A DNA stretch of 64,000 nucleotides from Candidatus Rhabdochlamydia sp. (GTDB taxonomy: Bacteria > Chlamydiota > Chlamydiia > Chlamydiales > Rhabdochlamydiaceae): assembly GCA_051648645.1 (NCBI GenBank), contig JBOFFP010000003.1:301266-365265 (forward strand), read 5' to 3'. The position numbers and the translations under genes are program-made. Positions 51,677-62,552 of the stretch are shown here, piece by piece (within the stretch, counting starts at the first letter, position 1; each line of letters opens with the position of its first letter). The notes below the pieces were generated by a model, which was not told where the DNA came from, made no database searches, and was given only the letters and a program-made list of their open reading frames with translations.

Positions 51677-52928
51677 AGCTTAAAGCTAGTATAGCTATTC
51701 CTAATCCCAACATTAACAAGGAAAAGGATCCTTTTAATTTTATGTTCCAGCTTAAACATGTATCTAAAACTCGATGATAAACAGTGGCTTTTACCTTTTC
51801 TAATGCATACAAGGGATACGTCTCTAAAATTTTATTATTTTGATCATACAAAGACAATGTTGCTAGCCTCTGTCCTGGTTGAATGGGGAAAACAAGAGGA
51901 GCCCATTCTAATTCTGGTTTGATCAAAGGCTCTTCTGAAGCATAATAGTCTATAACCACATCTTCTTTTAAAATGGCTTTGATTGGCTGCTTGCTCTTTT
52001 TTTGCGTAGTCGTAAACACATCGAAATTTTTAGAAAAAAGAGTTCTCTTGGTTTTCGGTTCATTAAATCCTGCTTCAAAAAGAGCGATTGCATCCCGATA
52101 TCTCTGTTCTAACTTGTCGCAGCCCATAAGGACTACTATCATTTTTCTTTTTTGATCTTCTGCTGCTCCCACTAAAGAATACCCCGCACTTTGGGTATAT
52201 CCTGTTTTTACTCCTATTGCCTTAGGATAATAAAATTTGCCGGGCTTAATCAAAGAATTATGTTGAAGCAGTTCTCCCTGTAGTTGTTTATTATTAGCCG
52301 GTCGCAAATAGCGTGTAGTTTTAACCACCTTACAAAAAAAAGGTTGCTTTAATGCTTTTTTTGTTATTAAACACATATCGTAAGCAGTTGTTTTATGGTC
52401 AACATGAGGTAAACCATGAGGGGTATACAAAACGGTCTGTTTACAGCCCAGCGATTTTACGTAATCATTTAATTCCTGCATAAATTGTGGGATGCTTCCA
52501 GAGACCCATTCAGCTAATGCATTAGCTGCATCATTGCCAGAAGAAAGCATAAGTCCATAGAATAGAGATTCAGCAGAAAGCCTTTCAGCCACTTTTAATC
52601 CCATAAGAGATCCACCAAATTCAAGACGATAAGGAGGATGAATCCCCAATTTATCTCTGCGAACCTGTGGAGAAACACTGCTAATGGCATCCCTTGAAAT
52701 CGTTATGGTTTGATCTAATTGATCGCCACGTTTTTCTAAAGCGTATAAAGCTGTGATAATTTTGGTGATGCTTGCTGGATACAAAGGCAAATAAGCATTC
52801 TTTTCATAAAGGATGGCACCGGTTTCTGCATTCATTAAAACAGCAGATTTTGCAGAAATATCAACTTGTAGAGCAGTATTAGCAAATCGGCTAATTGCTA
52901 CTAACGCAAAAAATACAAATCTCATCAT
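51651..52928 (-). CDS. dacC: D-alanyl-D-alanine carboxypeptidase
   Basis: PASITK (SxxK), SGN, KTG motifs; C-terminal TM anchor. Confidence 0.9.
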   Translation of the reverse strand: MMRFVFFALVAISRFANTALQVDISAKSAVLMNAETGAILYEKNAYLPLYPASITKIITALYALEKRGDQLDQTITISRDAISSVSPQVRRDKLGIHPPYRLEFGGSLMGLKVAERLSAESLFYGLMLSSGNDAANALAEWVSGSIPQFMQELNDYVKSLGCKQTVLYTPHGLPHVDHKTTAYDMCLITKKALKQPFFCKVVKTTRYLRPANNKQLQGELLQHNSLIKPGKFYYPKAIGVKTGYTQSAGYSLVGAAEDQKRKMIVVLMGCDKLEQRYRDAIALFEAGFNEPKTKRTLFSKNFDVFTTTQKKSKQPIKAILKEDVVIDYYASEEPLIKPELEWAPLVFPIQPGQRLATLSLYDQNNKILETYPLYALEKVKATVYHRVLDTCLSWNIKLKGSFSLLMLGLGIAILALSFIWISKRS

Positions 52929-53165
52929 ATAAAAATATTATTTTCTTTTTAGGTTTAGATTATTTCTTAGAATTTTAGCTTGATCTATTTGAAAGTCAAT
53001 TAGTTTCATAACCTTTTTTATTGTTAAACTCGAATAAGTCACAAAAAAATCTTCGCAATCTCTTTAAAAAAAGTAGGCAACTACGCAAGATGAGGATTTT
53101 ATGACACCCTCATAAATACACCTCTACCATGAGATAATATAACTAAATAAGTACAAAATAAATAC

Positions 53166-53195
53166 TTGACACCAGGCTAGTTTTAACGCTAAGCT
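53166..53195 (+). promoter_or_regulatory. Sigma66-type promoter
   Basis: TTGACA-N18-TAAGCT, then GGAG SD-like sequence. Confidence 0.55.
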
Positions 53196-53217
53196 AAGGT
53201 GACGGCAAGGAGAAGGT

Positions 53218-53652
53218 ATGATTGACCCGCTATCGCTAGAAGAAGCTTATGAGGAATTTATTAGAAATTTGCCTAAATGGCTCCCTGATGGAATTACCCA
53301 TGTAGACCTTAAACTATTAAATACTCTTGGCTTACTCAATCACCATGATTTAGATCATTCATATGAAGATGCAGAGCTCGATCAATATTTTCACATCATT
53401 GAGACACCCGATAAAGTAACATTATTTAATGAACAATTTGCCATTTGGATCGTTCCACAAATTGTAAATGAAATTCCAACAACAACAACATTTATAGCTC
53501 TTTTACCTCATAACAAACCTCACCTGGAAATAGTATATACTACATCTGGTGTATATAATACGCCAAAATATATTTTAAAAATCCTACAACATTTTTTAAC
53601 AGAAGTACAAGACACAGAAGCTGTTATCTCTTCAATTGGCAAAAAATCTTAA
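53218..53652 (+). CDS. Conserved chlamydial hypothetical protein
   Basis: 144-aa ORF with promoter, SD and terminator; divergent from dacC as recalled for CT550. Confidence 0.7.
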   Translation: MIDPLSLEEAYEEFIRNLPKWLPDGITHVDLKLLNTLGLLNHHDLDHSYEDAELDQYFHIIETPDKVTLFNEQFAIWIVPQIVNEIPTTTTFIALLPHNKPHLEIVYTTSGVYNTPKYILKILQHFLTEVQDTEAVISSIGKKS

Positions 53653-53653
53653 C

Positions 53654-53680
53654 AATAGAGGGGCACCCCCCTCTATTTAT
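53654..53680 (+). terminator. Intrinsic terminator
   Basis: AATAGAGGGG-CACC-CCCCTCTATT immediately after the stop. Confidence 0.75.
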
Positions 53681-53807
53681 TATAGGCAGCTAACAACATC
53701 AAAATTAAAAAATTTATATATAGACAGGGAATAACTTAAAGCAATATATGTATACAAATATAGTTGATAAAATCATTTTTTAGATTTTTTAAACCATAGG
53801 GTTATAG

Positions 53808-54212
53808 ATGTCTGCTTGTGAATCCTCTTCTTTAAATAAAGATCACTTTATTCAAAAAAATGGCATGCGCTATGCAGGCACTCATCTGATTATTGATCTT
53901 TGGGAAGCTACTCATCTAGATAATGTTGAAATGGTTGAAAAAGCTCTGCAGGAGTGCGTTACTGCCTGCAAGGCTACTCTTTTACATGTGCACTTACATC
54001 GTTTTGAACCAAATGGGGGGATTAGTGGCATTGCCATTCTGGCAGAATCGCATATGAGTATTCATTCCTGGCCTGAAAAAAAATATGCTGCCATTGATTT
54101 ATTTATGTGCGGAAATAGTCGGCCCTTTTTAAGCCTTCCTATTTTAAAAAGAATTTTCCAGCCTAAACACATTTCACTTAACGAACAAATGAGAGGTATT
54201 TTCAATGACTGA
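53808..54212 (+). CDS. speD: S-adenosylmethionine decarboxylase proenzyme
   Basis: GTHLIIDL, LAESH.SIHSWPE self-cleavage motif, D.FMCG. Confidence 0.92.
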   Translation: MSACESSSLNKDHFIQKNGMRYAGTHLIIDLWEATHLDNVEMVEKALQECVTACKATLLHVHLHRFEPNGGISGIAILAESHMSIHSWPEKKYAAIDLFMCGNSRPFLSLPILKRIFQPKHISLNEQMRGIFND

Positions 54213-55077
54213 AAAATGGTTTGATGAAACTTTGTATCCAACTTATTGCCAAAGTTTTAAAATTGAAACTGTTTTATGGGAGGGTAAATCTCCCTATCAA
54301 GATGTCTTGATCTTTGAAAATAAAGAGTTTGGGAAAGTAATGGCTCTTGATGGCACTGTACAATTTACTACTAAAGATGAGTTCATTTACCACGAAATGA
54401 TTGCTCATGTCCCTTTATTCGCTCACGGGAACGCACAAGATATTTTAATTATTGGAGGTGGTGATGGAGGAGTTGCACGAGAAGTGCTTAAACATCCTAA
54501 TGTTCGCTCCGTTACACTTGTTGAAATTGATCCATTCATTATCGATTTAACAAAAAAATACATCCCCGAAATTCCACAGGGAGTATTTGAAGACCCAAAA
54601 CTACAGCTGATCATCGATGATGGGGTAAATTTTGTTAAAAATAATCAAGAAACTTACGATGTAATCATTACCGACTCTAGCGATCCAATTGGACCCTCTC
54701 AAGTTTTATTTACAGAAACTTTTTACGGGTATTGTAAAAAAGCACTAAAAAAAGAAGGAATCCTTGTAGTGCAAAATGGCGACTTCTTTATGCAGCCCAA
54801 TGAATATCAAACAACATTTTCTCATTTGCAACTTCTCTTTCGGGAGGTATCTTTCTATTTAGCTAATGTTCCAACGTATATTGGAAGCTACATGACATTA
54901 GGATTTGCCTCTGATGTAGATTACTGTAATCTTGCTCTTGAGACGATTAATCAGCGGTTTGTTCAAACTCCTATAAAAACTTTTTATTACCATCCAGGTA
55001 TGCACAAAGCATGCTTTACTCTGCCTAAATCCATGCAGGAAACTTTACACTCTATACAAAATATTACGGCTCCTTAA
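54205..55077 (+). CDS. speE: Spermidine synthase
   Basis: DEFIYHEM, IIGGGDGG, VEID, IITDSSDP. Confidence 0.94.
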   Translation: MTEKWFDETLYPTYCQSFKIETVLWEGKSPYQDVLIFENKEFGKVMALDGTVQFTTKDEFIYHEMIAHVPLFAHGNAQDILIIGGGDGGVAREVLKHPNVRSVTLVEIDPFIIDLTKKYIPEIPQGVFEDPKLQLIIDDGVNFVKNNQETYDVIITDSSDPIGPSQVLFTETFYGYCKKALKKEGILVVQNGDFFMQPNEYQTTFSHLQLLFREVSFYLANVPTYIGSYMTLGFASDVDYCNLALETINQRFVQTPIKTFYYHPGMHKACFTLPKSMQETLHSIQNITAP

Positions 55078-55657
55078 TTTGCCATTTTTGAGCAAGCAAT
55101 CCTTCTACAATTTTCCTTGCTAATATTTTATATACAACTTGGGCACTATCATCATGTGCTCCTTCTACTGAATCAAGCTGCCCTAAGGAAAAATCAATCA
55201 TTCGCTGTGGTTTTTGACCTGGTAGGACAACTGCTACATCTGCAAGAGAATCAAAATTGATACAATCAAAATCGGCATTTGCTTTTACTTGAAAAGGACC
55301 TACTATGACACAATTTGATTCCTTATCAATAAGCTCTACTTCTGCTGTAATTAATCGACGCTTTTCCACACTGACAATATTTTTTCTTAATGTTTGATTG
55401 CCAGGATTTCGATCATATCGATATCCAATTGATTCATCTTTGTCGTTAAGGATGGTAACATGCAATAAATAAGAGGAATCATAGCAATAATTAAATCCCA
55501 TACAAGTGCTGACCTCACGAATCAGAGCTCGATTTAGCTGACCTTGTGTATCCCCTTTAATATAAGGAATACAGATTAATATTTGATCATTGGATTCCGT
55601 TTCAAACTGATATTTACATCCTAGGCATAAAACTAAAAACAAGTAGACTTTATGCAT
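55064..55657 (-). CDS. LptE-like outer-membrane lipoprotein
   Basis: Lipobox CLGC followed by YQF; C-terminal LARKIV helix. Confidence 0.6.
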   Translation of the reverse strand: MHKVYLFLVLCLGCKYQFETESNDQILICIPYIKGDTQGQLNRALIREVSTCMGFNYCYDSSYLLHVTILNDKDESIGYRYDRNPGNQTLRKNIVSVEKRRLITAEVELIDKESNCVIVGPFQVKANADFDCINFDSLADVAVVLPGQKPQRMIDFSLGQLDSVEGAHDDSAQVVYKILARKIVEGLLAQKWQIKEP

Positions 55658-55662
55658 GGTTT

Positions 55663-56598
55663 TTAAATGGTTTCTTCCTGCGCATTTAGATGCAACTTAG
55701 CCATCCTTTTTTCTGCTTTTTTTGCCACAAGGGTTGCTGGATAAGCCTTTAAAATGCGCTTATAATACAAGTAGGCAGCATTTGGCTGTTTTTTACGATG
55801 ATAGAAAAGAGCAATTTCATAAAGGTCTTTAGCATAGATTTCTTGCATACTCAAAAGCATATCTTCTACTTCTTCAATGGCTTCTTCACTGGGAAAGTTA
55901 GCAGAAATTCTATGCAGATTAATTGTAGCCAACTCTAAGAGATCTTGATCAGGATATTCTTTTTGAGATTGAATGAGATAGACTCGCCCAATTTCCACAT
56001 AACTTCTAACAGCTAAAAAATGTTTAGGGAACTGTTGTATCAAATTTTGATAACTTTCGATGCTTGCCTTATAAGATTTTTCTCGAGCAAGCAACTCCGC
56101 TCTTGCAAATAATGCCTGAACGGTAAGTTCATGATTAGGAAGAGTGGAAATTACCTCTTCGTAAATATGCAAAGCTTCTTGTCTAGCTGGTATCCATTTT
56201 AATCCAAGTACCGCTTTTTTTGTGCCTGTGCGATATTTTTCTGCTATTTTAAACTTATAGGTAAAAGCTTCTTCAAAGAATTTAGGGGTCATTTGCTTTT
56301 TTAAATAACTAGAAAAATAGGAATTAGCTTTTTCATATTCTTCTAATTCAAAATAGCTAACACCTAGATAAAAAAATACATCTTGTGCAAAGACGGTTGC
56401 AGGATAGTCTTCAAGAAGTATAAGGGACTGCTCTATTACTCGATTCCAATTTTTATTTTGATAACTTTCTAATATTAAACCGTAATACTCTTGAACAGAT
56501 AAAATTTCCCTCTGATGTTGTTGAAAACGAGGATTTTCTCGAGCGTTTAGTGAACTCAACAAGCAAATAGAAAAAAGAAGGCAATAAAATTTTTTCAT
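55663..56598 (-). CDS. BamD-like TPR protein
   Basis: Signal peptide, TPR repeats, IALFY..AAYLYY..YP. Confidence 0.72.
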   Translation of the reverse strand: MKKFYCLLFSICLLSSLNARENPRFQQHQREILSVQEYYGLILESYQNKNWNRVIEQSLILLEDYPATVFAQDVFFYLGVSYFELEEYEKANSYFSSYLKKQMTPKFFEEAFTYKFKIAEKYRTGTKKAVLGLKWIPARQEALHIYEEVISTLPNHELTVQALFARAELLAREKSYKASIESYQNLIQQFPKHFLAVRSYVEIGRVYLIQSQKEYPDQDLLELATINLHRISANFPSEEAIEEVEDMLLSMQEIYAKDLYEIALFYHRKKQPNAAYLYYKRILKAYPATLVAKKAEKRMAKLHLNAQEETI

Positions 56599-56666
56599 GA
56601 ATAATCCGTAATATTGAAATTTTAGGTCTAAATCTTAATCGATTATGAGGTTACAAAGCAATGGCA

Positions 56667-59600
56667 TTATTCCCATTGTATTTGATCGATGCTACTGATA
56701 GACCGAATTTTATTTTCCAGTTCCATACACTGCTCTACGCCCCAATTTTGCTCTATTAATAGCACCCCTAGTTGTTTATTCTCTCTTGTAAATAAAATTT
56801 CGACAGGGCTATCACCTGAATGAGCGCGAAAAGTTGTCTTCAGCAATAAGATGTGGCTTAAATGAGCTCGGTTGGAATCAATAAAAATTTTTAATTTTTT
56901 CATGGTTTTTTGCTTTTTTTCTAAAGGAGCATTCTTATTTTTTTCACGAAATTTTAAAGGTTTAAACTGCTTTGCCTGAGTATAAGCTAAATCACATGCC
57001 TGAATCATTGCTTCATCTACACGTGTTAAATCATCTAACCAGCGACACTGTAAACGGATTTGCCCTTCTGTGGTTTCTTTATGAACAATTGCATACAATA
57101 ACTGATTTTCTATCATAAGAGAAGCTTTTTGCTCATAAAGATCTGACCAAATAGGCAATTCAAAGCGCTCTTCATTATCACTAATTTTGAGAATGGCAAA
57201 TTTTCGTTGGTTTTTTGCAGAAACCCTAATGGTAACCCCTTCTATAATACATGCAATTCGACAAGGCCCATCTTTAGGAAGCTCCACTAATTCTGTTAAA
57301 GAAACACAGGAAAGCTTTTTTAATAAGGTACTGTATTCATCTAAAGGATGTTCATGTAAATAAACACCCAAGAGCTCGTATTCTCTTCGTAGAATAACCT
57401 GTCGCGGCAATTCTTCAATTTCCTGAGGCACAAATTGCAGAGGAGAATCATCTAAAAGATCAAAAAGGCTCATAATCCCTTTTGCTACTTCTTTTTGTTC
57501 TTTAGAAGCAGCTGTAAACATGGGATCAACACTTGTAAGCAAAGAAGCTCTATTTGATTTTGTAAAATCAAAACAACCAGCTTCAATTAAATTTTCAATG
57601 ACTTTTTTACCCACTCTACTCGTTTCAATACGCTGAATAAAATCAAATAAAGACTTATAACTTCCTTTCAATCTCTCTTCTAGGATGACATCGACAACTC
57701 CTTCGCCTACACCTTTAATTGCACCCATGGCAAAGCGAATTCCTTTTGCAGTAGCTAAAAACTGCTTTCCCGATTCATTAATATCAGGAGGCAAAATAGC
57801 AATGCTCATCTTTTGCGATTCTCTTATATGCTTGGTTACTTTGGAAAGATCATCGCAATCAGACGTCATGAGCGCTGCCATCCATTCACCTGGATAGTTC
57901 GCCTTGAGATAGGCTGTTACATAGCTTAAGTAACCATAAGCAGCTGCATGAGATTTGTTAAAGCCATAAGAGGCGAATTTTTCAATTTTATCAAAAATCC
58001 TCATGGAAACCTCTTCACTTAAGTCGTTTTTGATAGCGCCTAAGCGAAATTTTTCCCGTTGGTTAAACATCTCCTCTTTATCTTTTTTTCCCATTGCACG
58101 CCTTAAAACATCTCCTTCTCCTAGGGAGTACCCTGCTAAGCGACTTGCAATTTGCATAACCTGTTCTTGATAAACCATGATCCCATAGGTTTCAGAAAGA
58201 ATATCTTCCATCCAAAGATGATCTATTTCGATGCTTTCTTTTCCATGTTTGCGGCTAATAAAAGAGGGAATCATCTCCATAGGACCTGGGCGATATAAGG
58301 CCCCAACCGCTATAATTTCTTCAAATTTATCGATATGCAATTGACGTGCTAAATCTTGCATTCCAGCTGATTCAAGCTGAAACACACCTGTTGTTTTGCC
58401 TTGATTGAGCAACTCAAACGTTTTTTTGTTTTCCAAGTTTAAGTTGACCCAATCAATTTCTTTCTGTTCTTTTTCTTTAATTGCATCAACTGCGTGTTGA
58501 ATCGAGGTCAATGTCTTTAACCCCAGAAAATCGATTTTAAGCATACCCACTTGCTCAACGGGCTTCATAGAAAATTGGGTAATTGCCATGTCAGAATCTT
58601 TAGCGCTACATAAAGGAATTCTTTGCATAAGAGGATCTGCGCTAATAATGATTCCAGCAGCATGTACACCTGTATTACGTACAGACCCTTCAAGCGTTTT
58701 GGCAACGTCTATGAGTTTCTTAATTTCTTGATCTTCTTGATAAATCTTGCGCAGATCGGGATCTATCTCTAACGCTTTACTTAAAGTCATATTTAGATCT
58801 TCAGGAATTAACTTGGCAATCTCATTGACTCTAGCAAGAGGAATGCTTAAAACCCTTCCCACATCTTTGATAGCCATTTTAGCTTTCATTGTGCCAAAGG
58901 TAATAATTTGCGCTACTTTATCTCTGCCATATTTGCCAACCGTATAATCAATTACCTCTGATCGCCTATCCATACAAATATCGACATCTATATCAGGATA
59001 GGACACCCGCTCTGGATTAATAAATCTTTCAAAAAACAAATCAAATCGCAAAGGCTCAATGTCTGTCACTTCAATTAAATACAGAATAATTGATCCTGCT
59101 CCAGAACCTCTCCCCGGCCCTACTGGAATATATTTTTTTTTTGCCCAAGAGATAAAATCCCAGACAATTAAAAGATAATCCGCCATCCCTTTGGACAAGA
59201 TAATATCTAGTTCATATTTTAAACGTTCTTTAATGACTTCTATTGGATCACGCCCTGGATATTTTTCAGCAACTTTTGCGAGTCTTAGATCGGTATATCT
59301 TTTGCTAATTCCGTCTTCGCATAATTGACGTAAAAATAGGGACACTCTTTCTTGTCTTGTCTCTTCTGTATAAGAGGACCCTTCTAATTGAGGAGGTGTA
59401 AAAACAGGATAGTATTTGGCTTTAAAATTAAATGAAAAATCACATTTATCTGCAATTTTTTGCGTTTCTTCTATAGCAGAAGGGATATCAGAAAAAAGAG
59501 AGCACATAATATCTGCATTTTTAAAATACAGTTCATGCGTATACTTCACTTGCCTCTTTGGATTTTTAACTCTTTGCTTAAGACTGCCAAACGAATCTTT

Positions 59601-60383
59601 CTCCCATATTTCACATGGCTCCCCTGACTGCACATTCATTAAAATCTCATGTGCATTCCAATCATTTCGATGAATATAATGAATATCATTGGTAGCAACT
59701 AAGTTAATCTGTAATTCAGAAGAAAGAGAGATCAATTTTTGATTGATTGTATTTTGCTTGTCTATGGTGTCTAGGTATAACTGATAAAGCCATCCTTCTT
59801 TTTCAAAACCATCAGAACGAATATCTTCTTCTTGCATTTGGTGACGTTGTAATTCAAAATAATAGTCAGAACCAAACAGTTGATGAAACCAGGTGATTTC
59901 CTGGCGGAGTTTTTGTTCATCTTTTTGTAAAATATGGTGACCTAGAATCCCATTATGAGGTCCTGAAAGACAAATCAACCCTTTAGCGCATTCTGCTAAT
60001 AAATCTCGATCTATCCTAGGAGTATAATAAAATCCTTCTAGATGAGCTAAAGAACTTAATTTACAAAGATTTTGATACCCTTGCTCATTCTTAACCAATA
60101 AGACAATCGGAAAGCCATGGGGCATCCCTGAATAGCGTTTTTTATCAAAACGAGATTCAGGAGCTACATAGAGTTCACAGCCAATAATGGGTTTAATATT
60201 TGCTTTTATGCATGCTTTGAAGAATTCAACAGCACCGTACATATTACTTTGATCAGTCAAAGCTAAAGCTGCCATTTTATGTTCAGCTGCTTTTGCCACT
60301 AAACTTTCTATGGAAGCGGTTGCATTTAAAATAGAATACTGCGAATGCGTATGAAGAGAGTTCCAATTCATTTTAAATTTCAT
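56667..60383 (-). CDS. dnaE: DNA polymerase III alpha subunit
   Basis: LHTHSQYS PHP domain, GRGSGAGS, PDIDVD, YGFNKSH; start 60383 or 60371; no intein seen. Confidence 0.97.
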   Translation of the reverse strand: MKFKMNWNSLHTHSQYSILNATASIESLVAKAAEHKMAALALTDQSNMYGAVEFFKACIKANIKPIIGCELYVAPESRFDKKRYSGMPHGFPIVLLVKNEQGYQNLCKLSSLAHLEGFYYTPRIDRDLLAECAKGLICLSGPHNGILGHHILQKDEQKLRQEITWFHQLFGSDYYFELQRHQMQEEDIRSDGFEKEGWLYQLYLDTIDKQNTINQKLISLSSELQINLVATNDIHYIHRNDWNAHEILMNVQSGEPCEIWEKDSFGSLKQRVKNPKRQVKYTHELYFKNADIMCSLFSDIPSAIEETQKIADKCDFSFNFKAKYYPVFTPPQLEGSSYTEETRQERVSLFLRQLCEDGISKRYTDLRLAKVAEKYPGRDPIEVIKERLKYELDIILSKGMADYLLIVWDFISWAKKKYIPVGPGRGSGAGSIILYLIEVTDIEPLRFDLFFERFINPERVSYPDIDVDICMDRRSEVIDYTVGKYGRDKVAQIITFGTMKAKMAIKDVGRVLSIPLARVNEIAKLIPEDLNMTLSKALEIDPDLRKIYQEDQEIKKLIDVAKTLEGSVRNTGVHAAGIIISADPLMQRIPLCSAKDSDMAITQFSMKPVEQVGMLKIDFLGLKTLTSIQHAVDAIKEKEQKEIDWVNLNLENKKTFELLNQGKTTGVFQLESAGMQDLARQLHIDKFEEIIAVGALYRPGPMEMIPSFISRKHGKESIEIDHLWMEDILSETYGIMVYQEQVMQIASRLAGYSLGEGDVLRRAMGKKDKEEMFNQREKFRLGAIKNDLSEEVSMRIFDKIEKFASYGFNKSHAAAYGYLSYVTAYLKANYPGEWMAALMTSDCDDLSKVTKHIRESQKMSIAILPPDINESGKQFLATAKGIRFAMGAIKGVGEGVVDVILEERLKGSYKSLFDFIQRIETSRVGKKVIENLIEAGCFDFTKSNRASLLTSVDPMFTAASKEQKEVAKGIMSLFDLLDDSPLQFVPQEIEELPRQVILRREYELLGVYLHEHPLDEYSTLLKKLSCVSLTELVELPKDGPCRIACIIEGVTIRVSAKNQRKFAILKISDNEERFELPIWSDLYEQKASLMIENQLLYAIVHKETTEGQIRLQCRWLDDLTRVDEAMIQACDLAYTQAKQFKPLKFREKNKNAPLEKKQKTMKKLKIFIDSNRAHLSHILLLKTTFRAHSGDSPVEILFTRENKQLGVLLIEQNWGVEQCMELENKIRSISSIDQIQWE

Positions 60384-60423
60384 AAGGCAACTTTAGTTGC
60401 CTTATCTTAACTCCTTTTGCGGA

Positions 60424-61773
60424 CTATTTTTCAGTGGCTTGTACAGCTGGATGAGGAGTGCTTTTCATGCCCCATAAAGGAGATAGTAAAATAGCGGCAA
60501 TCACACCACAAGAACCTAATACAACAAAAAAACCTTGCCACCCCCAAATTTCGACTACCTTGGTAATGGGATAACCTGCTGCTGCCGCACCCAAATAGGC
60601 CCACCAACCAGCAAAGCCTGTTGCCGTTCCGGCAGCTTTTTTGTGAGATAGTTCAGCAGCGGACATTCCAATCAACATTTGTGGACCAAAAATTAAAAAT
60701 CCGATGGTAAACATCAATCCATAATCCAAAAAGAGCATGCCATGAGGAACCCAATACAATCCTACAATGGCTAAAACTACTGCTAAGCTAAACAATACAT
60801 TAATGGGGCCACGACGTCCTTGGAAGATTTTATCAGAAGCCCAGCCAGCAACTAAACTACCAAAAATTCCTCCAGCCTCAAACCAAAATACACTGCCGCT
60901 TGCGCTAAGCATAGAATAGCCTTTTGCTTTCATCAAAAAAAGCGCACCAAAATCATTAATTGCCTGACGAATCACATAGACAAAGAAGTAAGAAATGGCC
61001 AGAACCCAAATATACTTATTGTTTAATACATATTTGAGTAAAATTTCCTTAGCCGAAAACTCTCTTTCTTCTTGGATTTTAGAAGTAGGGTAATCATTTT
61101 TATATTTCTCAATTGCAGGTAAACCCAGAGATTGCGGTGTATCTCGCAGGCGATTAATTAAAAATAAACCAACCCCAATACAAGTAAAACCAGGAACATA
61201 CATGGCATAACGCCAACCCCACTTCTGTGCACAAAAAGCCGCAATGAGAGGAATAAGGGCTCCACCTACACTATGCGAAGTATTCCACAAGCCCCACCAG
61301 GTTCCTCTTTCTTTTTGGGAATACCAATGTGTGAGCAAACGCGCACAAGGAGGCCAACCCCAGCCTTGAAACCAGCCATTACATCCCCAAAGCAAGGCAA
61401 ATAACCATACAGAGGAGGAAAGACCAAATAACACATTAAATACACCGGTTAGAATCAAACCGATAGCCATAAAAAATCTAGGATTGGACCGATCAGCAAG
61501 CACCCCGCTTAAGAACTTACTAATTCCATAGGTAATAGATAAAACACTAGTTAAAATACCTAAATCGCTTATCTGCAATCCTAATTGTTGCATCATGGCG
61601 GGCATAGCAAACGTAAGACTTTTACGGGTGAAATAGTAAAATATGTAGCCGATGTACATCCCGTAAAAAATGCGAAAACGCCAATATTTATAGCGTTCTT
61701 TAACCTCGTTTGGATCTTGAATTTCAGGAGCATAGGGAGCAGGTCTTAAAATGTTAAGTACGCTCATATACAA
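60424..61773 (-). CDS. uhpC: Hexose-phosphate transporter (UhpC-type MFS)
   Basis: YYFTRKS, NGWFQGWGWPPC, ERG..W..WN.SH, IFGPQMLIG..AAE. Confidence 0.93.
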   Translation of the reverse strand: MYMSVLNILRPAPYAPEIQDPNEVKERYKYWRFRIFYGMYIGYIFYYFTRKSLTFAMPAMMQQLGLQISDLGILTSVLSITYGISKFLSGVLADRSNPRFFMAIGLILTGVFNVLFGLSSSVWLFALLWGCNGWFQGWGWPPCARLLTHWYSQKERGTWWGLWNTSHSVGGALIPLIAAFCAQKWGWRYAMYVPGFTCIGVGLFLINRLRDTPQSLGLPAIEKYKNDYPTSKIQEEREFSAKEILLKYVLNNKYIWVLAISYFFVYVIRQAINDFGALFLMKAKGYSMLSASGSVFWFEAGGIFGSLVAGWASDKIFQGRRGPINVLFSLAVVLAIVGLYWVPHGMLFLDYGLMFTIGFLIFGPQMLIGMSAAELSHKKAAGTATGFAGWWAYLGAAAAGYPITKVVEIWGWQGFFVVLGSCGVIAAILLSPLWGMKSTPHPAVQATEK

Positions 61774-61918
61774 CTTTCTCCTATTAAAGTTTATAAAACA
61801 AAAAGCGTCTTAAGAAAATGAACTAATATTTTTTTCCAGACTTCTTTTCTTGATTTATTTTTTTATATTCCTCATTAAAAGAAAAAGCTTAGTATATACT
61901 TTTCCTTGAAGGTTTATC

Positions 61919-62509
61919 ATGAGTATTCCACCCAGCGATTCAGAACCCTATAAAAAAATTATGGTAAATCGCGTTGAACAAAACAAAAAAAACAATCATT
62001 CGTTTAGTCAATTTCCCGCTGATTTAACATACCCTAACCTCTCTTCTATCCTTGTTTCCTTTTTCAAGAAGTTTACCATGCACTTCTCTTTTAAAAACAA
62101 GATATCTACTACAGCTTTAAAACAAGATCTTTTAGAATTAAAACAACTCTTTATTTTACTTTCCATAGAAGATCTTAGTCATCAATTAGAGTTCATACAA
62201 AAACTTTCGCTATTATGGCATAAAATCATTGAAGATTGCAACCCTATCTCTCTTTCCCTCTCAAAAGGCTCTGATTTTTTGAAAAAAGTAGCAGATTTCA
62301 TTCAAATAATTAATTACTTCCCTGCCAATGAAGACCATTCATTAGGCTATTACCTTCAAGAACATGTAGGTGAAAAGTGGGTTCCATTTCCTTTTATGGA
62401 GCTTTTACAAGGATTGCATGAAGAGTATCAAACACAAAGCAAGAGTCATTTGGCAGACTGGATTAAAATTTTATCTTTAATAATAGATGAGTTGCCTTCA
62501 AATGCTTAA
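61919..62509 (+). CDS. Hypothetical protein
   Basis: 196-aa ORF with a conserved-looking SLGYYL..W.PFPF segment. Confidence 0.7.
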   Translation: MSIPPSDSEPYKKIMVNRVEQNKKNNHSFSQFPADLTYPNLSSILVSFFKKFTMHFSFKNKISTTALKQDLLELKQLFILLSIEDLSHQLEFIQKLSLLWHKIIEDCNPISLSLSKGSDFLKKVADFIQIINYFPANEDHSLGYYLQEHVGEKWVPFPFMELLQGLHEEYQTQSKSHLADWIKILSLIIDELPSNA

Positions 62510-62552
62510 AAAAATATTTTTCTAACATTGTTAAAGAAGATAAAATAATTCT

